39,281 nucleotides of DNA from a virus (IMGVR_UViG_3300043423_000015:1-39281), one strand, 5' to 3'; shown: positions 8,441-18,485, counted from the first letter of the stretch. Translations and numbers: made by a program. Notes: a model not told the origin generated them from the sequence alone.

Positions 8441-9784
8441 ATGTCAAAAGAAATCATCGAAAAATTAGATGCCATCGAAGCTAAACAAGCTGAGAGCATC
8501 GTGGCTGTTGAAGCCAAAATCCCTGCTGCCATCGAAGCTGTTAAAGCCGAAATGAGCGAAATGGTTGCCGCTTTGGAAGCCAAAGTTGCCGCTATTCCTG
8601 CTGCCGCAGTTCACAAAGAAAAAGCCAAATCTGTTCGCCAAGATGTGAACCGTTCGGTGAAAGAACAGCTCAAGGCAATCGCCGAAGGCAAAAACACCCT
8701 TGAGAAACAACTGCAAGTTTTTGCTGATGAATCTCAAATGGAAGCCTACATGAAAGAAGCCTCGGCTCTGACTGCTGGTGGTGACGGTAAGGGTGGTCGT
8801 ACTGGCTATGACCCTGTGTTTGCTGCTTTGCGTTTGGCTAACCCAATGCGCGGCGTGTCTCGCACTGTGGCTACCGATGGCTCTAGCTATCAATTCCGCG
8901 TGAAGACTGGCAATGCTGGTGCTGCATGGGGCTACACAATCCAGAACAACGGTTCGGCAACAACTGAAAACACTTCAATCTGGCAATTGGTTTTGCAAGA
9001 CTTGAACGTGCAGTTCCCTATCCGTACTGCTGCTCTTGACGACATCGACGGTTTGGAAGCAAACGTGGTTGACGATATGTTGGCTGAATTCGCACAAGCC
9101 GAAGCTCTGTCAATGATTCAAAACAACGACCAAGGCTCTACCAGCTTGCCATACGGCGGCTCTAACGGTCTGCGCGGTTTGAACCAATACGCTGGCGCTG
9201 CTTCGACATACGCTGGTGGCTCTACTACTACTGCTGCTTTTGGTAGCTCTGGTACTGGTTCTACAAGCGGCTTGCACAGCTTGGCTACTTATGACCAGTT
9301 GACTTCCAACGTGAACACTGTCGGTGCTGCAAACATCACCTACAAAGACGTTGTGAACTTCATCTACGCATTGCCACAACAATACTGGACTGAGAGCGCT
9401 AAGTTCATCATCAACCCAGTTTTGTTGTCACAAATCCGTGGTTTGACAGACGACAATGGCACTCCTGTGTTTGAGCGTATGTCTCCTCTGGAAACCAATG
9501 GCATCGTTGGTCGCTTGTTGGGCTTCGACGTTGTGGTTAACAAGTACTTGGACAACCCAAGCCAAGCAACTGCCGCCTCTGCTGGCACAACTAGCTTGTA
9601 CCCAATGTACTTCGGTGACTTCCAACGTGGTCACACCATCATTGACCGTCTGAACATGGTTATGCGCCGTTATGACCAGACAGCCCCCGGCTACATCACC
9701 TTCTTCGGTGAAAAGCGTCTGGCTACATCTGTGCGTGACCCATTTGCTATCGTGCGTTACCGCTCGACTGGCACTGCCGCCTGA
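8441..9784 (+). CDS. Major capsid protein (HK97 fold) with N-terminal coiled-coil scaffold (delta) domain
   Basis: Coiled-coil first ~105 aa; GRLLGFDVVVN, YFGDF, TFFGEKR; strongly biased codons. Confidence 0.95.
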   Translation: MSKEIIEKLDAIEAKQAESIVAVEAKIPAAIEAVKAEMSEMVAALEAKVAAIPAAAVHKEKAKSVRQDVNRSVKEQLKAIAEGKNTLEKQLQVFADESQMEAYMKEASALTAGGDGKGGRTGYDPVFAALRLANPMRGVSRTVATDGSSYQFRVKTGNAGAAWGYTIQNNGSATTENTSIWQLVLQDLNVQFPIRTAALDDIDGLEANVVDDMLAEFAQAEALSMIQNNDQGSTSLPYGGSNGLRGLNQYAGAASTYAGGSTTTAAFGSSGTGSTSGLHSLATYDQLTSNVNTVGAANITYKDVVNFIYALPQQYWTESAKFIINPVLLSQIRGLTDDNGTPVFERMSPLETNGIVGRLLGFDVVVNKYLDNPSQATAASAGTTSLYPMYFGDFQRGHTIIDRLNMVMRRYDQTAPGYITFFGEKRLATSVRDPFAIVRYRSTGTAA

Positions 9785-9795
9785 TAGTTGCCTTG

Positions 9796-9822
9796 GATGG
9801 GGAGTTCGCTCCCCATCTTTTT
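9796..9822 (+). terminator. Rho-independent terminator between the two capsid genes
   Basis: gatggggag-TTCG-ctccccatc-ttttt, perfect 9-bp stem. Confidence 0.85.
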
Positions 9823-9841
9823 AACTCTCATTGGAAAAACT

Positions 9842-10858
9842 ATGACTATCACCGAAAAAATCCTGAACGGCATTAAGCAAGCCATTACCGAAGGTGGCAA
9901 AGTCACCATTGACCTGAAAGAAGCCTCTGCAATCACTGGTTCTGGTTCGGGCGTTGGTGGTAATGTTGTATTCGACGATGCGTTTGCCGCTCTGCGTCAA
10001 GCAAATCCACTGCGTCAAGGCTCACGCCAAATTGCCGTGAACGGCTCTGATGCTCAATTCGTTGCCAAGACTGGTAACGCTGCAAACTCTACAAACCCTT
10101 GGGGTTACGAATTTACTCCCAACACAGGTTCTCCTGATGTTGATACATCCATTTGGCAACTGCCAGTGCGAGTGTTGGTTGCACAGCTTCCAATCCGTAC
10201 CGCTGTTTTGTCGGATGTGAATGCGCTCGACGCAACCTTGGTTGAAGACTTGGCTCTTGAGTTCGCTCAATTGGAAGGTCAGTCAATGGTCTTGAACGAC
10301 GACCAATCTGGCTCCACCACTGAATCCACAGGCGCTGAATACGGTCTGCGTGGTTTGGATAGCTACCCATCTGGTTCCGTGAGCGCCTACGGCTCAAGCG
10401 GCACTGCAATGACTGATGGCTTGCATGACCTTGCCACCGTGTCTTTGGGTGGCTCTGCTGTGACCTACAACAAGATTGTGGACGCTGCAAACGCTCTGCC
10501 TGCTCAGTACTGGTCATTGGAAGGCACAGCTTGGCACATGAGTCCAGCAATGATTTTGGCTCTGCGCGAGTTGAAGGATAGCTCTGGTATGCCTTTGTTC
10601 TTGGAAATTGGTGACGCTGATGGCGCGGCTGTTGGTCGCGTGTTCGGTTGGCCTGTCATTCCAAACCCATACCTGTCCACTGACTTCCCTGTGTACTTGG
10701 CAAATTGGAACCGCTTTTTGACGATTGGCGACACTGAGCAGATGAATGTTCAGATGTACGAGCAAACGCAGCCCGGCTTCATTACCTTGTACGCCGAAAA
10801 GCGCGTGGTAAGCTCTGTGCGCGACCCGTTCGCTGGTGTCCGTATTAGCGCAGCATAA
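9842..10858 (+). CDS. Second capsid-family protein, paralog of 8441-9784 without the long scaffold domain
   Basis: Collinear shared motifs KEASA, FAALRxANP, KTGNA, SIWQL, PIRTA, GLRGL, ALPxQYW, SVRDPFA. Confidence 0.92.
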   Translation: MTITEKILNGIKQAITEGGKVTIDLKEASAITGSGSGVGGNVVFDDAFAALRQANPLRQGSRQIAVNGSDAQFVAKTGNAANSTNPWGYEFTPNTGSPDVDTSIWQLPVRVLVAQLPIRTAVLSDVNALDATLVEDLALEFAQLEGQSMVLNDDQSGSTTESTGAEYGLRGLDSYPSGSVSAYGSSGTAMTDGLHDLATVSLGGSAVTYNKIVDAANALPAQYWSLEGTAWHMSPAMILALRELKDSSGMPLFLEIGDADGAAVGRVFGWPVIPNPYLSTDFPVYLANWNRFLTIGDTEQMNVQMYEQTQPGFITLYAEKRVVSSVRDPFAGVRISAA

Positions 10859-10868
10859 GAGGTAAAAA

Positions 10869-11540
10869 ATGGCGGCTGATTCACAACTCGGTTACTTGAA
10901 CTACGGAGGCGGAACCCGCAATCCGTTCAACTACGCAAAGACAGAGCAAATCAGTCGTGACATTGCTACGCCTTGGCTGACGATGGATGAAGTCACCAAT
11001 CAGTTGAACCTGTTTGATGATGAAAGCCAAGATAGTTACCTGACTGGCCTTGAAGTGGCCGTCAGGATGACTATTGAGGATTTCCTTGGAATGTCCATCT
11101 TCCCAACGTCATATCGTGTCTGGTACAACTCTGCGAGTTTGAACGGAACGCCTTTGACTTTGGACTTGCCAGAGGTAAGCCAGAACACAAACCCATTGCT
11201 TTCTGGTGTGACCATCAATGCGGTCAAATATTGGAACGACAACAACCCGCCTGAGTTAATCACGGTTGCTGCCGACCAGTATTACTACGACCCATCTGGC
11301 AACAAAGTTGTTGTGGCGAATTTGCCAACGAACCTCAACAGTTCGATGACTTCGCCTGTGATTTGCGAGTACACAACAGCGGCAAACCCCTTGGCGGCTT
11401 ACCCCGTAATTAAACAGGCTGGTTTGCTGTTGTTGACTCACCTCTACAACAATCGTAGCGACACAACAGGCCCAATCCAGCACAACATCCCTTGGGGTGT
11501 TCAATGCTTGCTGCGCCCTTACAAACCATTGGTGATGTAA
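10869..11540 (+). CDS. Head-tail connector (HK97 gp6/SPP1 gp15-like)
   Basis: IKQAGLLLLTHLYNNR...IPWGVQCLLRPY. Confidence 0.88.
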   Translation: MAADSQLGYLNYGGGTRNPFNYAKTEQISRDIATPWLTMDEVTNQLNLFDDESQDSYLTGLEVAVRMTIEDFLGMSIFPTSYRVWYNSASLNGTPLTLDLPEVSQNTNPLLSGVTINAVKYWNDNNPPELITVAADQYYYDPSGNKVVVANLPTNLNSSMTSPVICEYTTAANPLAAYPVIKQAGLLLLTHLYNNRSDTTGPIQHNIPWGVQCLLRPYKPLVM

Positions 11541-11885
11541 ATGGCAATCGCACGTTTCGAGAACATTGCAATCAACAACCTCACTTTCTCAAAGAGTGAT
11601 TTTGGTGAAGGCGCAACGGTTCAGACCAAATGGTTTGATACTCGCGCCCGTGTGTCTGATGTTGCGAATAGCTTAAAGATTGCTGACAAGTATCGTCTGT
11701 ACCAAGAGCTGACTCAGTTCACTCTGAACTACACGCCAAACATGAAACAAATCGTGGATGGACAAGACCAATACTCAATCACTTGGCGCGGCCAAGATTG
11801 GCGTATTACGGATGTGCGCGAGGCAAACGACCGCATGACTGTGATGTTCTTGTGCTACCGCAATGACCCTGTGACCGCAGTATGA
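11541..11885 (+). CDS. Head closure/stopper (SPP1 gp16-like)
   Basis: Position, size, ITWRGQDWRITDV. Confidence 0.7.
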   Translation: MAIARFENIAINNLTFSKSDFGEGATVQTKWFDTRARVSDVANSLKIADKYRLYQELTQFTLNYTPNMKQIVDGQDQYSITWRGQDWRITDVREANDRMTVMFLCYRNDPVTAV

Positions 11886-12301
11886 CGACTCAGCTCAATC
11901 CAGTTCTGTACGGCAAGGCAATCCAATACCAATTGGCGAACATTGTCACCCCCGTCCCTGTGTACGCTTCGTTTAACCGCAATTTTGCGAAACAACCAAA
12001 GTTCATCACATGGCAGTTGCGTAATGTTCACCAACCCGTTTACACGGGCCAAACGAAAAGCAACAAGGGCATTGACCGCCCTGTTTTTCAAATTTCCATC
12101 TTCACTCAGAACATTGAAGACGGTTTCACTATTTCCAATCAGGTACTACAATCCCTACACGGTTATAGTGGTCAATTTGGTAGTCCGACCGATGGGTTCT
12201 TCATTGCGAAGGCCGATGTGGTTTGGCTATACAACAGCTATGACAACGAGCAGAATATGGCGCAAGTCTTTTTGGATTGCACCATCGACGTTCCAGCATA
12301 A
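11882..12301 (+). CDS. Tail terminator/completion protein
   Basis: Position, FQISIF...LQSLHGYSG. Confidence 0.65.
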   Translation: MTTQLNPVLYGKAIQYQLANIVTPVPVYASFNRNFAKQPKFITWQLRNVHQPVYTGQTKSNKGIDRPVFQISIFTQNIEDGFTISNQVLQSLHGYSGQFGSPTDGFFIAKADVVWLYNSYDNEQNMAQVFLDCTIDVPA

Positions 12302-12336
12302 GACAGTTACATCAACTCTTTTCAAAGGAAATCAAA

Positions 12337-12861
12337 ATGGCTCTCATCAATAAAGTCTTACCCGGCTACGTTGCAACCCTGTGGTGTCAAGATGACGCAA
12401 CTCCCACTCCTCTCACCGACACTCAGTTGAACACATGGACTGCACAAGTTGCAACCATTGTTGGTACTACTGCTGGTGGTACTGGTACTGCTGGCATTCA
12501 GATTCCAGTGGAAGCTGTGCCTGCATTCGGTGCTGACGATGCTGTTGCCGCTTACTCTGTGGCTGGCGCTCGTACTGGTGCAAAAATCACCACTCAAAAC
12601 CAAGTGACATCTTTGGCTGTTACCGCTGCATGGAACCCTGCTGACACTGCTCAGTTGTTGATTCGTGATGACGGCTACAACGGCACAATCGTTCGCACTT
12701 ACGTTGTTGCTGTGTATGACGGCACTGACACTGTTGCTTACGCTTTCAACGGCATGATTGGCGGTATGTCTTGGGATATGTCTCCATCTGCCGAAGGCAA
12801 GTTCAACTTCACAATCCACCCTGTTGGCGGCAACAGCTACGGTTGGTCTAACAACACCTAA
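12337..12861 (+). CDS. Major tail tube protein
   Basis: AAGGA RBS, highly expressed codon bias, position before chaperones. Confidence 0.75.
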   Translation: MALINKVLPGYVATLWCQDDATPTPLTDTQLNTWTAQVATIVGTTAGGTGTAGIQIPVEAVPAFGADDAVAAYSVAGARTGAKITTQNQVTSLAVTAAWNPADTAQLLIRDDGYNGTIVRTYVVAVYDGTDTVAYAFNGMIGGMSWDMSPSAEGKFNFTIHPVGGNSYGWSNNT

Positions 12862-12872
12862 TACGACATCAC

Positions 12873-13100
12873 ATGACAGTTACAGTAAAAGACAATAGTG
12901 ACCTCCTGAACTTTCTAGTAACCCAAGCCGATTCCCGCAAGGATTGGTTTGGGTTTACTCAGCAACGTCTGACGGCGGTTGCTTTGGCGCATGACATTGC
13001 TCGTCATCACGCCGACAAGCTAACTCCAGCTCAAGCTGTGCAATACGCACTCAGCTTGAATGAGGAGATTTACCACAAGATTATCAAAACCACACGATAG
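12873..13100 (+). CDS. Hypothetical protein in tail module
   Basis: Fills the gap between tube and chaperone genes. Confidence 0.65.
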   Translation: MTVTVKDNSDLLNFLVTQADSRKDWFGFTQQRLTAVALAHDIARHHADKLTPAQAVQYALSLNEEIYHKIIKTTR

Positions 13101-13108
13101 GACTCAAA

Positions 13109-13579
13109 ATGAGCAAGCTCGCCTCTGCCTTTGGCAAGAAGTATGAAAGCGCGGTCGCGCAAATCCGAACAAAAACTTTCAGCATTGGAGGCCACGAATT
13201 TAAGGTTCGCGTCCCATTGACTGCTGAAATGACAGCTTTGCAAGAGCGCATTGCAAAAGTTGACGAAAGCAAACTTCAAGCCAAGTTTGAAGAAATGACC
13301 AAAGAGCTTCGTAATTCGCCTCCTGCTGGCGTTGAAGTTACAGAAAGCGATGTCATCATCGAAGGTAAATCCACCCGTGAATTAGCGAATGCTGTTCTAA
13401 TGATGGAAAGCCGAGTGGTTGAGTACATCCGATTGTTGATTCCTGTAAATGGTACGTTGGACGACATCACCTACGCCGAGATTGAGGAAGAATGGCCTCT
13501 GGCGGTGCAAATGGAGATTGTTGAAAAAGTTGCCGAGGCAATCCAGCCGGGCTACAAGGACACTCGAAAAAACTTCTAA
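13109..13579 (+). CDS. Tail assembly chaperone (gpG-like)
   Basis: Position; slippery heptamer at 3' end. Confidence 0.8.
   Translation: MSKLASAFGKKYESAVAQIRTKTFSIGGHEFKVRVPLTAEMTALQERIAKVDESKLQAKFEEMTKELRNSPPAGVEVTESDVIIEGKSTRELANAVLMMESRVVEYIRLLIPVNGTLDDITYAEIEEEWPLAVQMEIVEKVAEAIQPGYKDTRKNF
13567..13573 (+). promoter_or_regulatory. -1 programmed frameshift site A AAA AAC
   Basis: -1 frame is open from 13570 into ORF 13654-13938. Confidence 0.85.
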
Positions 13580-13938
13580 GGGATAACCGTCAGCAAGCCC
13601 GAGCATACGTTTGGGCGCATGGTGGTTGTCCCGACAACATACCAGCGAATGAAATGCAGAACATTGAGATTATGTTCAGTGACGGAATCATAGGAAACAA
13701 GGCCACGCTGTTGGCCTTGAGTATGCTTACCACTGGCAATCTCAACTCCAAGCTCAAGCCCAATTCGCCGCCTTTCACAATGAATCATGTGCTTCCATCG
13801 ACGCATGACTACATCATTCCTCCTTTGAGCGATGAGGAGCAAAGAGAGCAAGCCAATCGAAATATGATGGCATTCATGGCCTCATCACCTAAAGCTCCTG
13901 AGAGCTTGAGAAAGGCATTTAATGGTGCAAATATTTAA
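13570..13938 (+). CDS. gpT part of the frameshifted G-T chaperone
   Basis: Reads KLLRDNRQQARAYVWAHGGCPDNIPANEMQNIE... without stop. Confidence 0.8.
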   Translation, partial: KLLRDNRQQARAYVWAHGGCPDNIPANEMQNIEIMFSDGIIGNKATLLALSMLTTGNLNSKLKPNSPPFTMNHVLPSTHDYIIPPLSDEEQREQANRNMMAFMASSPKAPESLRKAFNGANI

Positions 13939-14389
13939 AGAGGAAGGCTTTGAGGAGCTGGAGCAACAGCTCCTTGAGATGGCTCAAGGGTTTCGCGGCG
14001 ACTTGGTGATGCGGAATACGGTCAACAAGGCCGTCAGAGCAGCCTTGGAGCCTGTACTTGCCAGCGTCATAGCCAAAGCCCCATATGACGATAAGAATGA
14101 TGGCCCAATTCATTTGAGAGACACCGCCAGACTGGATGCAAGGATTCCAACCTCGTCAGATAGGAAATCTGAGTTTGTTTCTCAAACAGATGCCGTCATT
14201 GGTGTTGTGTCCGTCAAGAAAAGCGCCGTTTCGCTATCTCAAGAGTTTGGCAACGCAAGAACGCCGCAGCATCCTTTCTTGCGAGTTTCGTTAGAAAGTA
14301 ATCGCGACAATATCATCAACATACTAAAATCGGAGCTGGCTGTGAGCATCCCTGCTTACGCGAAGAAACTAGCCAAACGGAAGATTTAA
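13922..14389 (+). CDS. HK97 gp10-like neck/tail component
   Basis: EGFEELEQQL, HLRD, QEFGNARTPQHPFLR. Confidence 0.8.
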   Translation: MVQIFKEEGFEELEQQLLEMAQGFRGDLVMRNTVNKAVRAALEPVLASVIAKAPYDDKNDGPIHLRDTARLDARIPTSSDRKSEFVSQTDAVIGVVSVKKSAVSLSQEFGNARTPQHPFLRVSLESNRDNIINILKSELAVSIPAYAKKLAKRKI

Positions 14390-14390
14390 C

Positions 14391-16769
14391 ATGGCCGCAT
14401 CACAAAACATTGCTCGACTTGGTATTGTCCTTGGCTTGGACTCTAGTGAACTTGTCACCAAGATTACCGAGGCTCAACAGAAGTTTGGCAAATTCAAGGC
14501 TCAAATCAAGCGTGACAGTGAAGATGCGGCAAAGGAAATTGTGCGCCTTGAAATGGCGACCCGCAACTACGGGAAGACGCTTACCGAAGTTGAAAAGGTT
14601 GAGGAGCAGATTCGCCTTGGCAAATACAAGCATCAACCAGATGTCATCATCAACAGCCTGAAAGCTCAAGCCGCAGCCTACGACAAGGTTGCCGCAGCCG
14701 CCAAAGCAGCGGAGCAGGCAAAGATGGGCAAGTCTGGTGGCATGACAGCCCAACAGCAAGCCGCGCTTGGCTATCAGACAACCGACATCATTACTAGCTT
14801 GGCTGGTGGTCAAAACCCAATGATGGTTCTGTTGCAACAGGGCGGTCAATTACGCGACCAATTTGGCGGCTTTAAGCCATTGTTTGCTGGCATCACTTCC
14901 GCAATCACGCCAATGATGGTCGCAATGACAGGGGCTGCTGCTGCCGTTGGTGGATTTGCTCTTGCCATGTATAAGGGCGCTCAAGAGAGCGAAAAGTTCC
15001 AGAACACTATGATTCTGACTGGTCGTTTTGCTGGCATTACAGAAGGCCAGTTCAACAACCTTTCAATGGCTATCAAACGTGACTTTGGCGGCAGCATTGG
15101 CGCTGCGCGTGAAGTTATGGATATGCTTGTGTCCTCTGGTCAATTTACTGGACAGGCTCTTTATTCTGTTGGTGCTGCTATCACAAAGGTTGCAAGCCTT
15201 TCTGGTGAGGCTGCATCTGACGTAGCCAAAAATCTAATTCCAGCATTGGACGGTTCGGCATCTTCTGCTGCAAACCTAAACAAGCAGTATCACTTTTTGA
15301 CATTTGCTCAATACAAGCAGATTGAGACTCTGAACGAGCAAGGAAAAATTCAAGAGGCGATTCGTGTAACCGCAGATGCTTTGACGGATAGCCTGACAAA
15401 GCAAGAGCAGCGTATTGGCTCAATTGAAAAGGCGTGGAAGTTCCTGAAAAATGGAATGAGCGATGTTTGGGAATGGATGAAAAGCATTGGTCGCGATGAA
15501 ACGCCAATGGAGAAAATGATTAAGTCTGCTGAGAAGTATGCTCAGTATGCAAAAGACAAGCGTGGCGGCGGGGCAAACTCCAAAGTCGCCCGTGATGCTT
15601 TGGCCGACTATGAGAAATATGCTGCACAAGTTGGCGAAGCCGCTAAAAAAGCAGAAGACGAGTCTATTGCCAAAGCCAAAGAAGCCGAACGAATCAAACT
15701 TGAAGAACGAATTGGCGGCAACAAAAAGTACCGTGACATTCAAAAGCAGATTGATGACGCTGCCGCAGAAGCCAGCTATCAGCGCGAGGCTTACGGTCTT
15801 CAAAAGGTAGACCAGCTTAAAAAGCAGGCGGCTTTTGATATTGCCAAAGCACTTAACGAGCAAGAAAGACTAATTGCAGACGAAGGCGGAGCAACAAAAA
15901 TTCAGCGCATGAAGTTGTTTTCTGAGCAAGAGAAAGCAATTCTTGAGAAACTTGAACGAGACAAAGAGGACATCTACAAAGAATCTCGCAAGAAGTTTGA
16001 AGACCTTGCAAAGACAGAGCAAGACTCTATCGAGAAAGAGCGCGAACGCCTGCAAGTCTACAAAGAGAATATTCTTGCAAGTCAGCAAGACTTAGACATT
16101 GCATTGTCGCGATTGAAGACTCAGCAAGATTTAGTCGCTCTAAACAAGCAAGAGAACATGAAGGATGTTGACCGAGAGGCTGCTGCCGCTCGTATCAACT
16201 ACCTTGACAAGCAACGTGAAGCAGTCATCATGCAGCGCGAGGAGTTGAAGCGCCTGCAAGACATGAACCAATCTGTGTTTAACAACATGGGCAATGCCAT
16301 TGACAACTTTGTTCGCACTGGCAAGCTGTCATTCAAAGATTTGACTCGTAGCATCATTCAAGACCTTATCTCGATTGCGATGAAAGCTCAGATGATGGCT
16401 ATGTTCAAAGGATTTAACTTCTTTGGGCCTTCTGGTGGCGGCGCTCCTGTTGGTGATTTTGGTGGCCCATCAATGGCCGCTGCTCCAACATTTGCCGCCA
16501 ATGGCGCTTCTGCTGATGCTGGTCAACCGTTTTACGTTGGCGAACAAGGGCCAGAATTGTTTGTGCCTCAAGGTGCTGGCACAATCATGCCAAACAAGAT
16601 GGTTGGAGCCATGATGAACAATCAGCCTCAAGTCGTCTACAACGGCCCATACATTGCCAACATGAGTGCCATTGATACACAGTCTGCCACTCAATTCTTG
16701 GCAAAGAACAAACAAACCATTTGGGCTGTGAATCAATCCGCCCAACGGTCTTTACCAGTGAGCAAGTAA
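14391..16769 (+). CDS. Tail tape measure protein (lambda-like)
   Basis: YQTTDIITSLAGGQNPMMVLLQQGGQLRD, coiled coil, C-terminal YVGEQGPELFVP. Confidence 0.95.
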   Translation: MAASQNIARLGIVLGLDSSELVTKITEAQQKFGKFKAQIKRDSEDAAKEIVRLEMATRNYGKTLTEVEKVEEQIRLGKYKHQPDVIINSLKAQAAAYDKVAAAAKAAEQAKMGKSGGMTAQQQAALGYQTTDIITSLAGGQNPMMVLLQQGGQLRDQFGGFKPLFAGITSAITPMMVAMTGAAAAVGGFALAMYKGAQESEKFQNTMILTGRFAGITEGQFNNLSMAIKRDFGGSIGAAREVMDMLVSSGQFTGQALYSVGAAITKVASLSGEAASDVAKNLIPALDGSASSAANLNKQYHFLTFAQYKQIETLNEQGKIQEAIRVTADALTDSLTKQEQRIGSIEKAWKFLKNGMSDVWEWMKSIGRDETPMEKMIKSAEKYAQYAKDKRGGGANSKVARDALADYEKYAAQVGEAAKKAEDESIAKAKEAERIKLEERIGGNKKYRDIQKQIDDAAAEASYQREAYGLQKVDQLKKQAAFDIAKALNEQERLIADEGGATKIQRMKLFSEQEKAILEKLERDKEDIYKESRKKFEDLAKTEQDSIEKERERLQVYKENILASQQDLDIALSRLKTQQDLVALNKQENMKDVDREAAAARINYLDKQREAVIMQREELKRLQDMNQSVFNNMGNAIDNFVRTGKLSFKDLTRSIIQDLISIAMKAQMMAMFKGFNFFGPSGGGAPVGDFGGPSMAAAPTFAANGASADAGQPFYVGEQGPELFVPQGAGTIMPNKMVGAMMNNQPQVVYNGPYIANMSAIDTQSATQFLAKNKQTIWAVNQSAQRSLPVSK

Positions 16770-16770
16770 C

Positions 16771-17451
16771 ATGAGTCTGCAAACCATTCTTTCAATCAGC
16801 GAATCGGTTGGCATCAATGACCAACGCTTTGTTGGTCAAACAGTCAGTCGAAACCAAAAGATTACAACGTCAGAGATTTTGACTGTGGTTCCTTTTGCGT
16901 TTGAACTCAAGCCAATGAACTACCTTCTGTACTCTCAGAATCGCGGTCTATTGAATAGTTTGCGTATTCCTGACAAAGCCTTGACGCAGTATTTGAATTT
17001 TGGCTCGACTGGTTGGCTGAACTACATTCAGTACCAAGGAGACATGACAGAGATTCAAATTGGCAATTGCCAATGGCAGACATCGAGCGCAAACACAACT
17101 CTTGTCCTTGGCTCATTGCCTTCAATTTCAAGCTCTAAATATTTGTTTAGGGCGGGTGATTTTGTGCAAGTTGGACTTTATTCATACATCGTCACTGCTG
17201 ACGTTGTAAGAGGCTCAACCACAACGGTAAACGTCCCTGTTCATCGCAGTCTGATTGACGCATTGACATCTCCTGTGGATTGTGTTGCTGGCGAATTTGG
17301 AACGACCATATCAATGGGTGGAGACACATACACTGGTGTCACATTCCCTGTTGTGCTTCGTGACTACCCAACGTACACTCTCATGCCAATCACCAACGAC
17401 TCGTTCATCAATTGGAGCGGTTCGTTTAAAGCATTTGAAAGCGTCCTATGA
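16771..17451 (+). CDS. Distal tail protein
   Basis: Immediately after TMP; FRAGDFVQ. Confidence 0.65.
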   Translation: MSLQTILSISESVGINDQRFVGQTVSRNQKITTSEILTVVPFAFELKPMNYLLYSQNRGLLNSLRIPDKALTQYLNFGSTGWLNYIQYQGDMTEIQIGNCQWQTSSANTTLVLGSLPSISSSKYLFRAGDFVQVGLYSYIVTADVVRGSTTTVNVPVHRSLIDALTSPVDCVAGEFGTTISMGGDTYTGVTFPVVLRDYPTYTLMPITNDSFINWSGSFKAFESVL

Positions 17452-18041
17452 ATGTAATTGCGCCAGTTGACGGAACAAGCAGCATTCGACTTGCTGACTT
17501 TGTTCGTGTAAATACTGGAGGCGACATCTATCGCTTCACTACGGCCCCGTCAGATACTTTGGTTCCCGCTGTCGATTCCACTGCTTTTAGTGCAGTTGGG
17601 ACATTGATGAAGGTGGGCGATGTTCAGCGCGACATCAAGAGTACGGCTAACGAGACATCCGTTACCTTGATTGGCATTGACACTGCTATGTTGGGTTGGG
17701 TTCTTGGTCAAACCGTAAAAGGCTCTCAGATTGAGATGTGGCATGGTTTTTACAATGAAAGCAATGAGCTTCTTACAAGCGGCGGTTCTGGCGGTTTGTA
17801 TCAATTCTTTAGTGGTGTAATCACATCATTCACCATCTCTGAAACATGGATGGAGGAAGCCCGTGGCTATGTTGGAACAATCACAATCTCCGCATCTGCC
17901 ATTCAGTTGATTCTCCAAAATAGGATTGCTGGTCGATACACCAACAACAACTCATGGCAGTTCTTTAATGATGGCGATACATCCATGAATCGCGTGAACT
18001 TCATTGAGACAATCAACTACCAATTTGGCAAGGGCGCATGA
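17448..18041 (+). CDS. Tail tip/hub protein
   Basis: Position; beta-rich; overlapping start/stop. Confidence 0.6.
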   Translation: MNVIAPVDGTSSIRLADFVRVNTGGDIYRFTTAPSDTLVPAVDSTAFSAVGTLMKVGDVQRDIKSTANETSVTLIGIDTAMLGWVLGQTVKGSQIEMWHGFYNESNELLTSGGSGGLYQFFSGVITSFTISETWMEEARGYVGTITISASAIQLILQNRIAGRYTNNNSWQFFNDGDTSMNRVNFIETINYQFGKGA

Positions 18042-18484
18042 TTGTTCGTCGGGCGACTCCATTTGATGTGCCTGTCCTACTGGATATGCTTCGTCGATAC
18101 AGGAAGTTGACTCCTTTGGCCTTCCTTGCGGAAGCTGACGATGCTGAATATGTGACAAAGCTATTGACTGAGATGATGGCTGGCAAAGGAGTTGTCCTTG
18201 TTGTTGACAATGATGGCATTGTTGGTATGTTGCTTGCTTCTATTGCTCCAAGCATTTGGTCGCCAAAGCACCTTTTGATGACTGAGTTGGCTTATTGGGT
18301 TGAGCCTGAATCTCGCGGAGGAACGGCTGGATATAGACTGCTTGCTGAGTACAAAAAAATAGGCGAGCAAATGAAGCAAGAAAAGCGCATCTGTAATTTC
18401 TTAATCAGTAAAATGAGCAACAGCCCGAACTTGCAGTATCAGAAGTTCGGATTCGACAAACTAGAAGAATTTTGGGTGGCCTAA
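18038..18484 (+). CDS. GNAT-family acetyltransferase
   Basis: IVRRATPFD, ELAYWVEPESRGGTAGYRLL, YQKFGF. Confidence 0.85.
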   Translation: MIVRRATPFDVPVLLDMLRRYRKLTPLAFLAEADDAEYVTKLLTEMMAGKGVVLVVDNDGIVGMLLASIAPSIWSPKHLLMTELAYWVEPESRGGTAGYRLLAEYKKIGEQMKQEKRICNFLISKMSNSPNLQYQKFGFDKLEEFWVA

Positions 18485-18485
18485 T

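Noticed and set aside
9842-10858. Second capsid gene as an assembly duplication or pseudogene
   Set aside because: It is substantially diverged from the first copy, intact over its full length and has its own start region
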